A DNA stretch of 54,985 bases from a virus (lineage: Duplodnaviria; Caudoviricetes), in the IMG/VR virus record IMGVR_UViG_3300031801_000852, positions 1-54,985 of that record; one strand, given 5' to 3'. The notes below the pieces were generated by a model. The model saw only the letters and a list, made by a program, of their open reading frames with translations, was not told the DNA's origin and searched no databases. Numbering within the stretch: the stretch's first letter is position 1; the number at the start of each line of letters is the position of its first letter. Positions 18,166 to 26,439 of this stretch are shown one piece after another. A program made the translations under genes and the position numbers.

Positions 18166-19350
18166 TTATACAAAAAATTTATTGAGGGGGGAAGTGTCAT
18201 CTATTATTTGATCCAATGTTCTGCTATCTCCTTTTTTCCATACCCACATTGGTTCAATAATCTGTTTTCCTTTTGATTCTGGTTTATCATTATTACTGCC
18301 TGGTCTACGATTTAATTTTAATCCGATACATCCAGTATATTTAGATTGTGGAAGTGATTGTATAAAATCATTCATGGGATCACAAATCTTTACATAAGTT
18401 TTATTATTTCCTTTATCGTTTGCATACACATCAGCAATATTGATAATCATCGTTCCATCATCTTTTAAGGAACTCCAACATTTTTCTAAAGTTGGAAACA
18501 AGAAATTTCCTAACCAATCATCAATATCTTTTCCATATCGTTTCCAAGATTGGGTTTCATCATCTGCATATCTTTCTACATGAAAATATGGTGGAGAAGT
18601 ATACACCATATCAAATTTTCTCTTGCTAAGATCTACATCTTCTGCCGGAGCTTTTATAAATTCTGTTTTCTTGTAAGTCTCATAAAGCTCATTTTGTCTT
18701 GGATAATTATCAAACACCTCTTGGTTAGGATCAATGCCTGTATAACTTTCTGCATTAGAGGCGTGAAATCCAGCGAGTCTATCACCCCACCCCATAGAAA
18801 AATCTAAAACATCTTTTGCTTCAAATAAATTATAAAGTGATTTTGCTACTGCTGGTGGATATTGAGCTGCCATATACATTCTCATTTGAATGGCTAATCT
18901 CATTTGTTTATTATTTACCTCTGGCATATCTAATGTCCATAGAGGATTCAAAAATGTTTGATGGAATTTTTTAATCGTCCAAGAACGATAGGGGCTTGTA
19001 TGTCTGGCGTGCTGTACTTTCCATCTTGCGAATTGATGAAAGTAATTAGATGATTTTCTTCCTACATTACTATTTTTTATATACCAATGTGATAAATCAT
19101 ATTTGTAATCTGCTTTAGAATAAAGACTATCTTTGGTCAATAAAGTTCTTGCATCAAACTTCGCTAACTCATAAAAGTCTTGTTTAGCTTCTTCTTCAGT
19201 AATATCAACAAGAGGTAAATCTAACCCCTCAATAGCATCTGAGATTGCATCTTTTAATTCTTGTATAGTATAGATATTTTTTAATTGATGCCAATGAGGT
19301 TTGTCGATGATCAATTCACCATTCACTACAAACGATTTCAAATTTAACAT
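18166..19350 (-). CDS. SAM-dependent amino-DNA methyltransferase-like protein (SPPY family)
   Basis: QYPPAVAK, LDFSMGWGDRLAG, YTSPPYF. Confidence 0.8.
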   Translation of the reverse strand: MLNLKSFVVNGELIIDKPHWHQLKNIYTIQELKDAISDAIEGLDLPLVDITEEEAKQDFYELAKFDARTLLTKDSLYSKADYKYDLSHWYIKNSNVGRKSSNYFHQFARWKVQHARHTSPYRSWTIKKFHQTFLNPLWTLDMPEVNNKQMRLAIQMRMYMAAQYPPAVAKSLYNLFEAKDVLDFSMGWGDRLAGFHASNAESYTGIDPNQEVFDNYPRQNELYETYKKTEFIKAPAEDVDLSKRKFDMVYTSPPYFHVERYADDETQSWKRYGKDIDDWLGNFLFPTLEKCWSSLKDDGTMIINIADVYANDKGNNKTYVKICDPMNDFIQSLPQSKYTGCIGLKLNRRPGSNNDKPESKGKQIIEPMWVWKKGDSRTLDQIIDDTSPLNKFFV

Positions 19351-19357
19351 TATAATC

Positions 19358-19591
19358 TTAGTATTCTCCTAGTCCACCCAATCTACGTTCTACATCTTCA
19401 AGAGTAAAAAATTTAGGTATACCATCGCGGACATCTTCTTTCATATACGAGGCATTGTCCTTAAACAATTCAAATTGGCCCGTGTCACCTTCTTCATAGG
19501 TAGTGGTAAGTCCTGCATTATTCATTTCAACAGAAAGACTTTCTGCTTGAGGTCTATAGTTTCAAGAACTACAATATTTGATTATCCACAT
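19358..19591 (-). CDS. SelW/SelT/SelH (Rdx) family selenoprotein, 77 aa, in-frame UGA at 19562-19564
   Basis: MWIIKYCSS-U-NYRPQAESLSVEMNNAGLTTTYEEGDTGQFELFKD...; CxxU plus GxFE motif; AGGA SD; frame stays open after UGA to TAA at 19358. Confidence 0.82.
19527..19550 (-). promoter_or_regulatory. putative bacterial-type SECIS hairpin
   Basis: UCAAGCAGAAA-GUC-UUUCUGUUGA begins 11 nt after the UGA; apical loop G is 22 nt downstream of the UGA. Confidence 0.65.
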
Positions 19592-19592
19592 A

Positions 19593-19742
19593 TTATGTTC
19601 CTTTTTCTAATTCTTTTACACGATGTTGTAAAGTAGAAATAGTAGTATGAATATGTCCCATTTCAGTTGGCTCAAGTTTTGATTTCAAATGTGCTATTTC
19701 GGCCTTGAGTACCGCAATGTATGTTGTTATTGCTTTATCCAT
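19593..19742 (-). CDS. small hypothetical protein (49 aa, not in ORF track)
   Basis: MDKAITTYIAVLKAEIAHLKSKLEPTEMGHIHTTISTLQHRVKELEKGT. Confidence 0.7.
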   Translation of the reverse strand: MDKAITTYIAVLKAEIAHLKSKLEPTEMGHIHTTISTLQHRVKELEKGT

Positions 19743-19908
19743 TTATTGTGTCCTTATGTAACTTCTTTGTTTGAGAACATTCGAAACATAATTGTCCTGC
19801 ACCTTCTATGTATCCAGAACGATATATAACATTATCTGTTTTCTCTACGGTTGTTAATTTTCCACATTTAATACAAGTTTCAAACTTTTCTTCGTTGTCA
19901 TCTTCCAT
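19735..19908 (-). CDS. small Zn-ribbon protein (57 aa, not in ORF track)
   Basis: CIKC...YIEGAGQLCFEC. Confidence 0.7.
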   Translation of the reverse strand: MEDDNEEKFETCIKCGKLTTVEKTDNVIYRSGYIEGAGQLCFECSQTKKLHKDTING

Positions 19909-19914
19909 TTTACT

Positions 19915-20115
19915 TTACTCCGTGTATTCATCTTTTAATACGAATCTTCCACCGTAGTCTAATTTACAGTATCGATGGATATCTGCTAAAATTGCTAATT
20001 CACCTCCCGCGTCTTTCACAACCATGTATTTTCTAGGACAAGGTTCTGGATGTGTAAACGCAAAATATGAAAAAAGAGATACCCCGACAATCAATAAATT
20101 TATAGTTGTAATCAT
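19915..20115 (-). CDS. small membrane-anchored hypothetical protein
   Basis: N-terminal hydrophobic segment, two Cys. Confidence 0.6.
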   Translation of the reverse strand: MITTINLLIVGVSLFSYFAFTHPEPCPRKYMVVKDAGGELAILADIHRYCKLDYGGRFVLKDEYTE

Positions 20116-20116
20116 T

Positions 20117-20350
20117 TTATAAGTGGTTTATAAATCGTTCTACCTCTGTATAACCACCGACAAATTTATCATCGATGACCACTTGAGGAACAGTATTTAC
20201 ATTTTTTCCTGCGTGGGCTTTCATTTGTTTAAAATTATCTTGGCTTTCTGTAATATCAATTTTGTCTACTTCTATTTTTGCATCCTTTAACATAGATGTT
20301 ACCCTATCACACCAAACACATTTTGTTGTACTAAATACGACTGCTTTCAT
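20117..20350 (-). CDS. glutaredoxin
   Basis: CVWC, TVPQV, VGGY. Confidence 0.92.
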   Translation of the reverse strand: MKAVVFSTTKCVWCDRVTSMLKDAKIEVDKIDITESQDNFKQMKAHAGKNVNTVPQVVIDDKFVGGYTEVERFINHL

Positions 20351-20381
20351 TTTACCTTTCTTTTTTCAAGTATTTATTCAT

Positions 20382-20594
20382 TCATGATGGAAATGTAAGT
20401 CCTTTTTCTTCCATCTGAAAATTTAATTCATTTCGAACAAGTTGTAATACTTCTTCTCTGTCTTGTTCATATTTAATTTTGTTTCGAATAAACTGGTCTA
20501 TGTGCAAAACAAGAAGTGCCCAATCCATTGCTTTCGATGCAAGTTCAAACTCCTCCTTATCTTCCGGTAAATTAAATTCTAGTATTGCTTTCAT
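20382..20594 (-). CDS. hypothetical protein
   Basis: MKAILEFNLPEDKEEF. Confidence 0.75.
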   Translation of the reverse strand: MKAILEFNLPEDKEEFELASKAMDWALLVLHIDQFIRNKIKYEQDREEVLQLVRNELNFQMEEKGLTFPS

Positions 20595-20952
20595 TTGGTC
20601 TCCTGTTGTAATGAATTTTTGCTTCTTCTTCTGTTAAGGGTATACCCTTAGAACGATCCCACTCCTCATCTTTTCCGGCATCATCTACTATTTTATCTAA
20701 TACATCACCCATAGTAACTTCTTCGGTTAAAAAACTATTTTTTTGCTGAACCATTGTTTCAAAAACCCTCCATAGTTTTTTCATTCTTGTTTCATGTAAT
20801 TCACTCAACCCAATCAGAACATTTGAAAGTTCATCAGCTGACATTGGACCATCTGGATCATCATAATGTCTTTCTGCTATAGCATTCAAATCATCTTTTG
20901 TCTGCCAAACATTTTGAATTTCTTCTTCTAAATTAAATCTATCGTATTTCAT
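20572..20952 (-). CDS. hypothetical protein
   Basis: MKYDRFNLEEEIQNVW; AGGA SD. Confidence 0.75.
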   Translation of the reverse strand: MKYDRFNLEEEIQNVWQTKDDLNAIAERHYDDPDGPMSADELSNVLIGLSELHETRMKKLWRVFETMVQQKNSFLTEEVTMGDVLDKIVDDAGKDEEWDRSKGIPLTEEEAKIHYNRRPNESNTRI

Positions 20953-20971
20953 AATTTCCTATAATTATCTG

Positions 20972-21049
20972 TGGCGGCCTCAATGGGATTTGAACCCATG
21001 TTGCAGGATTGACAATCCTGAGTCCTAGACCTGACTGAACGATGAGGCC
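20972..21049 (-). tRNA. tRNA-Asp(GUC)
   Basis: GGCCTCA/TGAGGCC, CAGGA-TTGTCAA-TCCTG, GGTTCAAATCC, G73-CCA. Confidence 0.93.
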
Positions 21050-21074
21050 GAGACTAATTTTTACTAATACTTAT

Positions 21075-21110
21075 ATTATAACACGACATTGTGGATTTGT
21101 CAAGTGTTTA
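21075..21110 (-). promoter_or_regulatory. sigma70-type promoter for tRNA-Asp and downstream small genes
   Basis: TAAACAC-TTGACA-17 nt-TATAAT. Confidence 0.8.
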
Positions 21111-21115
21111 TTTTA

Positions 21116-21123
21116 TATAAATA
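21116..21123 (+). promoter_or_regulatory. T4-type late promoter
   Basis: Exact TATAAATA just before a plus-strand ORF. Confidence 0.55.
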
Positions 21124-21131
21124 AAAATAAA

Positions 21132-21281
21132 TTGGTAGACACAGAATTGGCTAGATATTATTGTAAAGATTTTTGGGAAGAAGAAGGATGGGTTTCCTGT
21201 TTCGAATGTGACATAATTTTTTATGATTTAGAAAAGCTTTATGAGCATCAACTAATTCACCTCCGTGAAGAGGTGAAATAA
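21132..21281 (+). CDS. small C2H2 zinc-finger protein (probable TTG start)
   Basis: CFEC-DII-F-YDLEK-L-YE-H-QLI-H fits C-x2-C-x3-F-x5-L-x2-H-x3-H. Confidence 0.65.
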   Translation: MVDTELARYYCKDFWEEEGWVSCFECDIIFYDLEKLYEHQLIHLREEVK

Positions 21282-21283
21282 GT

Positions 21284-21445
21284 TTACTTCTTTTTCTTTT
21301 TGGGTTTCAAGCCTTTTACCTTTTTACCTACTGCTTTCACTTTTGCTTCTTTTGTCTCAGGTACTACTTTATGGGGCGGGGCAGGGGGATCATGTGGCCA
21401 AAACAGTTTCAAGTTCTGCTTCAATTTTTCAATAAGTTTTTTCAT
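21284..21445 (-). CDS. small Lys-rich protein (53 aa, not in ORF track)
   Basis: MKKLIEKLKQNLKLFWPHDPPAPP...KGLKPKKKKK; AAGGA SD. Confidence 0.65.
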   Translation of the reverse strand: MKKLIEKLKQNLKLFWPHDPPAPPHKVVPETKEAKVKAVGKKVKGLKPKKKKK

Positions 21446-21447
21446 TT

Positions 21448-22404
21448 TTATCCTTTGCTATATTTTTGTTGTTCTGGTAAATATTGTTTTCCATCTTTTT
21501 TTACTTCATCATCTTCTATATATTTATTATCTACGTAAGATTGTGCTAATCTCCACTTCAAATATTCATACGCCGAGATTGGTGGATATTTTGCTGGTGT
21601 ACTCATAAGATTTTCAATCATAACATCTCGGCCAGGATCTACAAAGTATGGCATTGAGTATCGTGGTCTATCCATTGCCACATTCACTACTCTATGTGGA
21701 GTAGATTTAAATAAATCATTTGTCCATCGTGCAAACATATCTGCAATATTTAGAACTATACTATTTTCAACTATTGGTACATCTGTCCATTCATCTTTAT
21801 TATCATCAAATAATTGTAAGCCTGGACAATCATCAAATCTCCAAAGTAATGTTTGAGTTCCATAATCAGTATGTTCATTTGCTCTCAATTGACCTTCTTT
21901 AATTTCTCCATCCCACACAGGATATTTAATCATTCTCATAGTTGCAGAACCATCTAAATGTTTCTCTACTAATTTTCCAGTAGGAATTCCTAAAACTTGC
22001 TCAAATCTGTAGAGAAATTGATAGGACAACATTCTTGAGATGCGTTCTATCTTTTGTGCGAGAGGTTTGAATTCTGGTATTTCGGTAGGCCAATATTGTT
22101 CCTGCATCCTTGCTGGTTCAACCCAATTATAAGATTCTTTGAGATCGCCGGGCTTGGATGGAGTCAGGGATTCTTCCTCCATCCAATTGTATCCAAGATT
22201 TTCTGTCACACCAGAGTAAGCATATTTCTTTTTCACCTCTAGTGGTAGTTGGAAAAACTCTTCCATAAGTTTCTCCCAGTCTTGGAATTCCGACAACCAA
22301 TTATCATAGACATGAGTAAATACAGCAAAACCACAAGTAGTATAGGCTTTATACATTTCTTCTGCACAGTCTTGCTCAAATCTAAAGTCTATAATAGGTA
22401 TCAT
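21448..22404 (-). CDS. isopenicillin N synthase-family 2OG-Fe(II) dioxygenase
   Basis: IPIIDF, DLKESY, HTDYG, STPHRV, RYSMPYF. Confidence 0.9.
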   Translation of the reverse strand: MIPIIDFRFEQDCAEEMYKAYTTCGFAVFTHVYDNWLSEFQDWEKLMEEFFQLPLEVKKKYAYSGVTENLGYNWMEEESLTPSKPGDLKESYNWVEPARMQEQYWPTEIPEFKPLAQKIERISRMLSYQFLYRFEQVLGIPTGKLVEKHLDGSATMRMIKYPVWDGEIKEGQLRANEHTDYGTQTLLWRFDDCPGLQLFDDNKDEWTDVPIVENSIVLNIADMFARWTNDLFKSTPHRVVNVAMDRPRYSMPYFVDPGRDVMIENLMSTPAKYPPISAYEYLKWRLAQSYVDNKYIEDDEVKKDGKQYLPEQQKYSKG

Positions 22405-22407
22405 TTT

Positions 22408-23493
22408 TTAATTTAATTTGCCGTTCACACCTTCAACATAAAAATTCATCGTGTCAAGAGCATGTCTTTTGATTTCACCAGCAGGAATTTTTGTTCCGTC
22501 CTGTTTGGTAACACCGGCGCTAAATGGAAACCATTTGTCCATTTTATCATTTACCCAATTCATCTTAATTGTCTCGACTTGATTGACAACTGAGCCAGGC
22601 ACATTAACACCCCATGGCGATAGACCTACACAATTTTCCTGTAGACCCCAATTCAACTTTTGATTTGGTTTCCACGTTCCATTTGCTACAGAGTCAAGTA
22701 TGTGTTTATACATAAGATTCCAGTTGAACATCATACCTGTTACATAACGATCTGGGCCGTTACTTCCCATAGGTGCATCGTTACCCATACTCCAAACTTC
22801 TCTACCATCAGTTTTCCATGCTTGTTGTGCAAGGGTAACTACACTAGGTGAATCAGTTGTTGTATACAGAATGTCATTTCCATCATCGAGAAGTGCTTTG
22901 GCTGCATCCATATCTTTAGGTGGATCAAACCAAGAGTTGATCCATACAACATTAACTACTGCATCTGGATTAACTGACCTTGCACCAAGTGCAATTGCAT
23001 TGATGTTACGAATGATTTCTGGAATTGTATGTGAACCGACCACACCAATTTTATTAGTCTTGGTCATCAATCCAGCGGCAATACCTGTGAGGTATCGTGC
23101 TTGATAACTCATACAACCATAATTATCAAAGTTAGTATCATTACCTTTGAATCCTGTAGCGTGCATGAAAATTGTATCTGGCGATTTCGCCGCCGCTTTT
23201 GCCATTCCATCCATATAACCGAATGAAGTTGCAAATACAATATCGTGTTTTCGTGCAAGTTTAAGGAATATTTTTGTTGACTCTGCTTCTGGCACCATTT
23301 CTACCATGCCAACTTTATAACCATGTTTTGTCAATGATTGAAATCCATCATGATGTCTCATTGACCATCCACCATCAGTATGTGGTCCCACTAGAACATA
23401 TCCAACTGAAGGTAATTTCCCTCCAGATACATTTACTATACTAAAGATTGCCAACCCGACAATCGTTGCCAATAAGGCAAATATTTTCTTCAT
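22408..23493 (-). CDS. BMP-family ABC substrate-binding protein (purine nucleoside-type)
   Basis: Signal peptide, VGPHTDGGW, FATSFGY, TKTNKIGVV, SWFDP. Confidence 0.88.
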   Translation of the reverse strand: MKKIFALLATIVGLAIFSIVNVSGGKLPSVGYVLVGPHTDGGWSMRHHDGFQSLTKHGYKVGMVEMVPEAESTKIFLKLARKHDIVFATSFGYMDGMAKAAAKSPDTIFMHATGFKGNDTNFDNYGCMSYQARYLTGIAAGLMTKTNKIGVVGSHTIPEIIRNINAIALGARSVNPDAVVNVVWINSWFDPPKDMDAAKALLDDGNDILYTTTDSPSVVTLAQQAWKTDGREVWSMGNDAPMGSNGPDRYVTGMMFNWNLMYKHILDSVANGTWKPNQKLNWGLQENCVGLSPWGVNVPGSVVNQVETIKMNWVNDKMDKWFPFSAGVTKQDGTKIPAGEIKRHALDTMNFYVEGVNGKLN

Positions 23494-23517
23494 ATAAATC
23501 TCCTTCCGAGATTGGGG

Positions 23518-23991
23518 TTAAACAGGAGCATTCCACCAATGCTCCCAGGGAAAATGGATCCAGATATCTTCTGAATCCTTTGCACATTCCTGTGCATAAT
23601 AATAAGGCTCAAGATCACATTCGTTATTCCACCACAAAGTCGCAAATCGAACTTCAAGGTTTTCTTTGTCTATTTTATTTTGTCTTGAGGAAATATGTTT
23701 GTGGATTTTTTCGAAAGTTTTTCCAGAATCACAAATATCATCTACGATAAGAATTCGTTTATCTGTTTTTCTGGGTAAATAATTTTCCCATTCAGGAAAA
23801 TCTCTTAATGCGGCTATAATAGGTTTGAAAGGTTTTTGCATCCAATGGGACATCATAACACCAGGAAGTAGGCCTCCCCGAGCAATCCCTACAATCACAT
23901 TGGGATCATACTTATCTAACATCACTTCTCTACAAAGGGTATTAACATCCCTTCGCATTTCATGCCAATCATACCATAATTTTTTGCTCAT
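23518..23991 (-). CDS. type I phosphoribosyltransferase (xanthine/guanine PRT-like)
   Basis: GIARGGL, LIVDDICDSGKT, WIHFPWE. Confidence 0.9.
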   Translation of the reverse strand: MSKKLWYDWHEMRRDVNTLCREVMLDKYDPNVIVGIARGGLLPGVMMSHWMQKPFKPIIAALRDFPEWENYLPRKTDKRILIVDDICDSGKTFEKIHKHISSRQNKIDKENLEVRFATLWWNNECDLEPYYYAQECAKDSEDIWIHFPWEHWWNAPV

Positions 23992-24040
23992 AGTCCTTCC
24001 AGACTTAATTGTGAATAAGAACCTTCCGTTCCATACATTC

Positions 24041-24048
24041 TATTTAGT
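24041..24048 (-). promoter_or_regulatory. late promoter variant ACTAAATA
   Basis: Same octamer precedes gp22 (45091) and the gene after gp23 (42444). Confidence 0.5.
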
Positions 24049-24051
24049 AAA

Positions 24052-25581
24052 TCAAAATCCTCTAAAATATTCAATAAATTCTTTGTATGTGGACTCATTT
24101 TGTAAGTCTTGATCCCATTGTTTATTCATCTCATAATAATCTAGTTGTGCATGTTCAGACAGGTTTCTCCCGTCCCATTCAACATCAAGTTCTGCACCTG
24201 CTACATCTTTATTGATTACATTAATGCCTTCCATTACATAACTCCACAAACCCCAATTTGCACTGCCTGGATTATCGTTGAAAACATTAACAGTAGGTAT
24301 ATTAGTTTTAGCCATTTCTAGTAAATCTTTAACAAATTCAGTTTTTGTTACACCAGTCTTTATATATTTCCAAAATTCACTATCTTCTCGGCCACCCATA
24401 TAGTGCATTACAAGAAAATCTTTTAAATCATCATACATTATTCTTGTACGCTTGTTATAAATTGCAATACTACCTTCATTTATTGTATTGTTGATGGTAG
24501 GTTTTACATATTCAAAGAATAGATTGTTTGCTTGGAAAATAGTTGAATGTATACTATTTGCTTCCAATGGTTCTAAGAAAGCACTACTAAGTCCTATTGT
24601 TACACAGTTTTTGATCCATGCAGATTCTTGCCGTCCAGAAGAAAATTTAATTGTTCTAATAGGATCAATCTCCTGTCCTAGTATAGTTTCTATTTCTTCT
24701 TGTGCTTTGTCTGGAGTAGTATATGCATCACAATACACATACCCACATCCTTTACTGTCCATTAATGGTATTTGCCACATCCATCCTGCTTTTTGAGCCC
24801 AAGCTGTTGTATATGGTTCAGGAATTTCATCTTGTTTATATTTTAAATGGAATGGCATACCGGCGTTTAATGGTAAGTTGTCTTTATAACTGACCCATTT
24901 GCTTGGTAGGTGTTTCATTATTACACGATTAAAGCCTGAACAGTCAACAAATAAGTCACCATCAACAGTCTGGCCATTAGATAGGCCTAAGTCTTTAACA
25001 AATCCCTGTTCATTAAGTGACACATCTAATACCTCTGAATCAATACATTTTGTGTTATGCCTTTGTAGAGAAATTTTCTTAAAATATTGACCAGTAAGGT
25101 GGGCATCTATGTGATATGCATGATCTTTCTCACTTCCATTTATAAATTGTTTAGTATGTTTGTTAAAATTACTACTACCATGATAAATCCGATGTCCGCA
25201 CCTTGATAATTTTAACATATCTTGTCGCGATAGCTTATCTAAACCATAATTAAACATAATGTCAGGTACAAACCAGTTAGTGGTAGTTCCATCTATAGGG
25301 CCTATGTAATAATCATCTATATTATTAGTCCAGCCTTTATGTTTGATAGCATATTTTAGTGTTGCACCTGTTTCTTTAATAAATTCATGTTGGTCACAAC
25401 CAAAGTTTGTTGCCCCGTTTGCAACTATAGCAGTAAAAAATCCTGTTGTACTTTCACCTACTCCTACAACTCCTATTTTGCTGCTTTCTATAACAGTAAT
25501 ATTGTGATTAGGGTGTCTTGCACTAGCAATTATTGCACTAATCCAACCAGCAGTGCCACCACCAACGATAACTATTTTCAT
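24052..25581 (-). CDS. flavin-dependent tryptophan halogenase-family protein
   Basis: GGGTAGW, GVGEST, catalytic-position Lys (ATLK), GWMWQIP, FLEPLE. Confidence 0.9.
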   Translation of the reverse strand: MKIVIVGGGTAGWISAIIASARHPNHNITVIESSKIGVVGVGESTTGFFTAIVANGATNFGCDQHEFIKETGATLKYAIKHKGWTNNIDDYYIGPIDGTTTNWFVPDIMFNYGLDKLSRQDMLKLSRCGHRIYHGSSNFNKHTKQFINGSEKDHAYHIDAHLTGQYFKKISLQRHNTKCIDSEVLDVSLNEQGFVKDLGLSNGQTVDGDLFVDCSGFNRVIMKHLPSKWVSYKDNLPLNAGMPFHLKYKQDEIPEPYTTAWAQKAGWMWQIPLMDSKGCGYVYCDAYTTPDKAQEEIETILGQEIDPIRTIKFSSGRQESAWIKNCVTIGLSSAFLEPLEANSIHSTIFQANNLFFEYVKPTINNTINEGSIAIYNKRTRIMYDDLKDFLVMHYMGGREDSEFWKYIKTGVTKTEFVKDLLEMAKTNIPTVNVFNDNPGSANWGLWSYVMEGINVINKDVAGAELDVEWDGRNLSEHAQLDYYEMNKQWDQDLQNESTYKEFIEYFRGF

Positions 25582-25602
25582 TTGGGTTTCTTTTTCATAG
25601 GA

Positions 25603-26040
25603 TCAAAATTTTGAGATAAATCTTGCAATGGGCTGAATAAATGGAAGTAGGGCAACTGCCATAACTGTATTCACTCCTGTATGAACAAGTGCTACTTGTT
25701 TTGTTATTCCTGTGGGCATACCATCACTTACTAATATTCCCGCTATCCATATCGTTCCTGTTGTTCCCACATTTGCTCCTAGTATTGCGGCGATTGCAGA
25801 TGGTAAAGGTAATGTTCCAGAAGCAACTAATCCTATTACAGCAGTTGTAGTAAGTGATGAAGATTGCCAAAGGAGTGTAAAAACAATTGCTCCTAAAAAC
25901 ATCCAATAAGGATTTCCCAAAAACCATTCAAGTTGTTCTAAATGGCCCAATGATTTCATTCCACCTGAAAACATCTTGAGTCCAATATAAAAAATTACCA
26001 AGCCTAAAAGAGCTTGGAAAACAGGATTATTAAATTCCAT
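25603..26040 (-). CDS. Na+/Pi cotransporter-family protein, single repeat (start probably MEFNNP)
   Basis: WQSSSLTT and AILGANVGTT motifs; hydrophobic helices. Confidence 0.8.
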   Translation of the reverse strand: MEFNNPVFQALLGLVIFYIGLKMFSGGMKSLGHLEQLEWFLGNPYWMFLGAIVFTLLWQSSSLTTTAVIGLVASGTLPLPSAIAAILGANVGTTGTIWIAGILVSDGMPTGITKQVALVHTGVNTVMAVALLPFIQPIARFISKF

Positions 26041-26177
26041 AAAATTTCTTGATTTATATTTCCACGAATCGTAGAGTTGTCTGTGTTTCTTTTTCATAGG
26101 AACATAGTATAAGATGAGAGTGCTACAGCAATGACTTAGAATTTGTTATATATCAATTCTAAACTGATGACGGATGA

Positions 26178-26438
26178 CTAAACCCGCCGATCTGGTTCAT
26201 GGTCAGTAGTCACCTGCGCCGCCCCAGAATCAACACCCTCATTTTTTTGTGGTGATTGATATCCATCTTTGTACCATCCATCACCCTTAAGAATAAAATT
26301 TAGTTGTCCAGGTATGAGTCTATGTACACCTCCTTCAGTCTCACACCCCTTACAATAGGTTAATGCAGGATCAGAAAATTTTTCGATTTCTTCCCACAAG
26401 CAATTACATAAGTCACACTTATATTCATATATAGGCAT
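26178..26438 (-). CDS. FmdB-family zinc-ribbon protein
   Basis: MPIYEYKC..C...CKGC...FILKGDGWY. Confidence 0.85.
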   Translation of the reverse strand: MPIYEYKCDLCNCLWEEIEKFSDPALTYCKGCETEGGVHRLIPGQLNFILKGDGWYKDGYQSPQKNEGVDSGAAQVTTDHEPDRRV

Positions 26439-26439
26439 C

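Noticed and set aside
17680-18276. ORFs 17680-18276(+) and 17756-17953(-)
   Set aside because: They overlap tRNA-His, tRNA-Tyr and the tRNA-like RNA; shadow ORFs.
21042-21131. ATG at 21042 as the start of the zinc-finger ORF
   Set aside because: It lies inside tRNA-Asp and upstream of the TATAAATA promoter; TTG at 21132 is more plausible.
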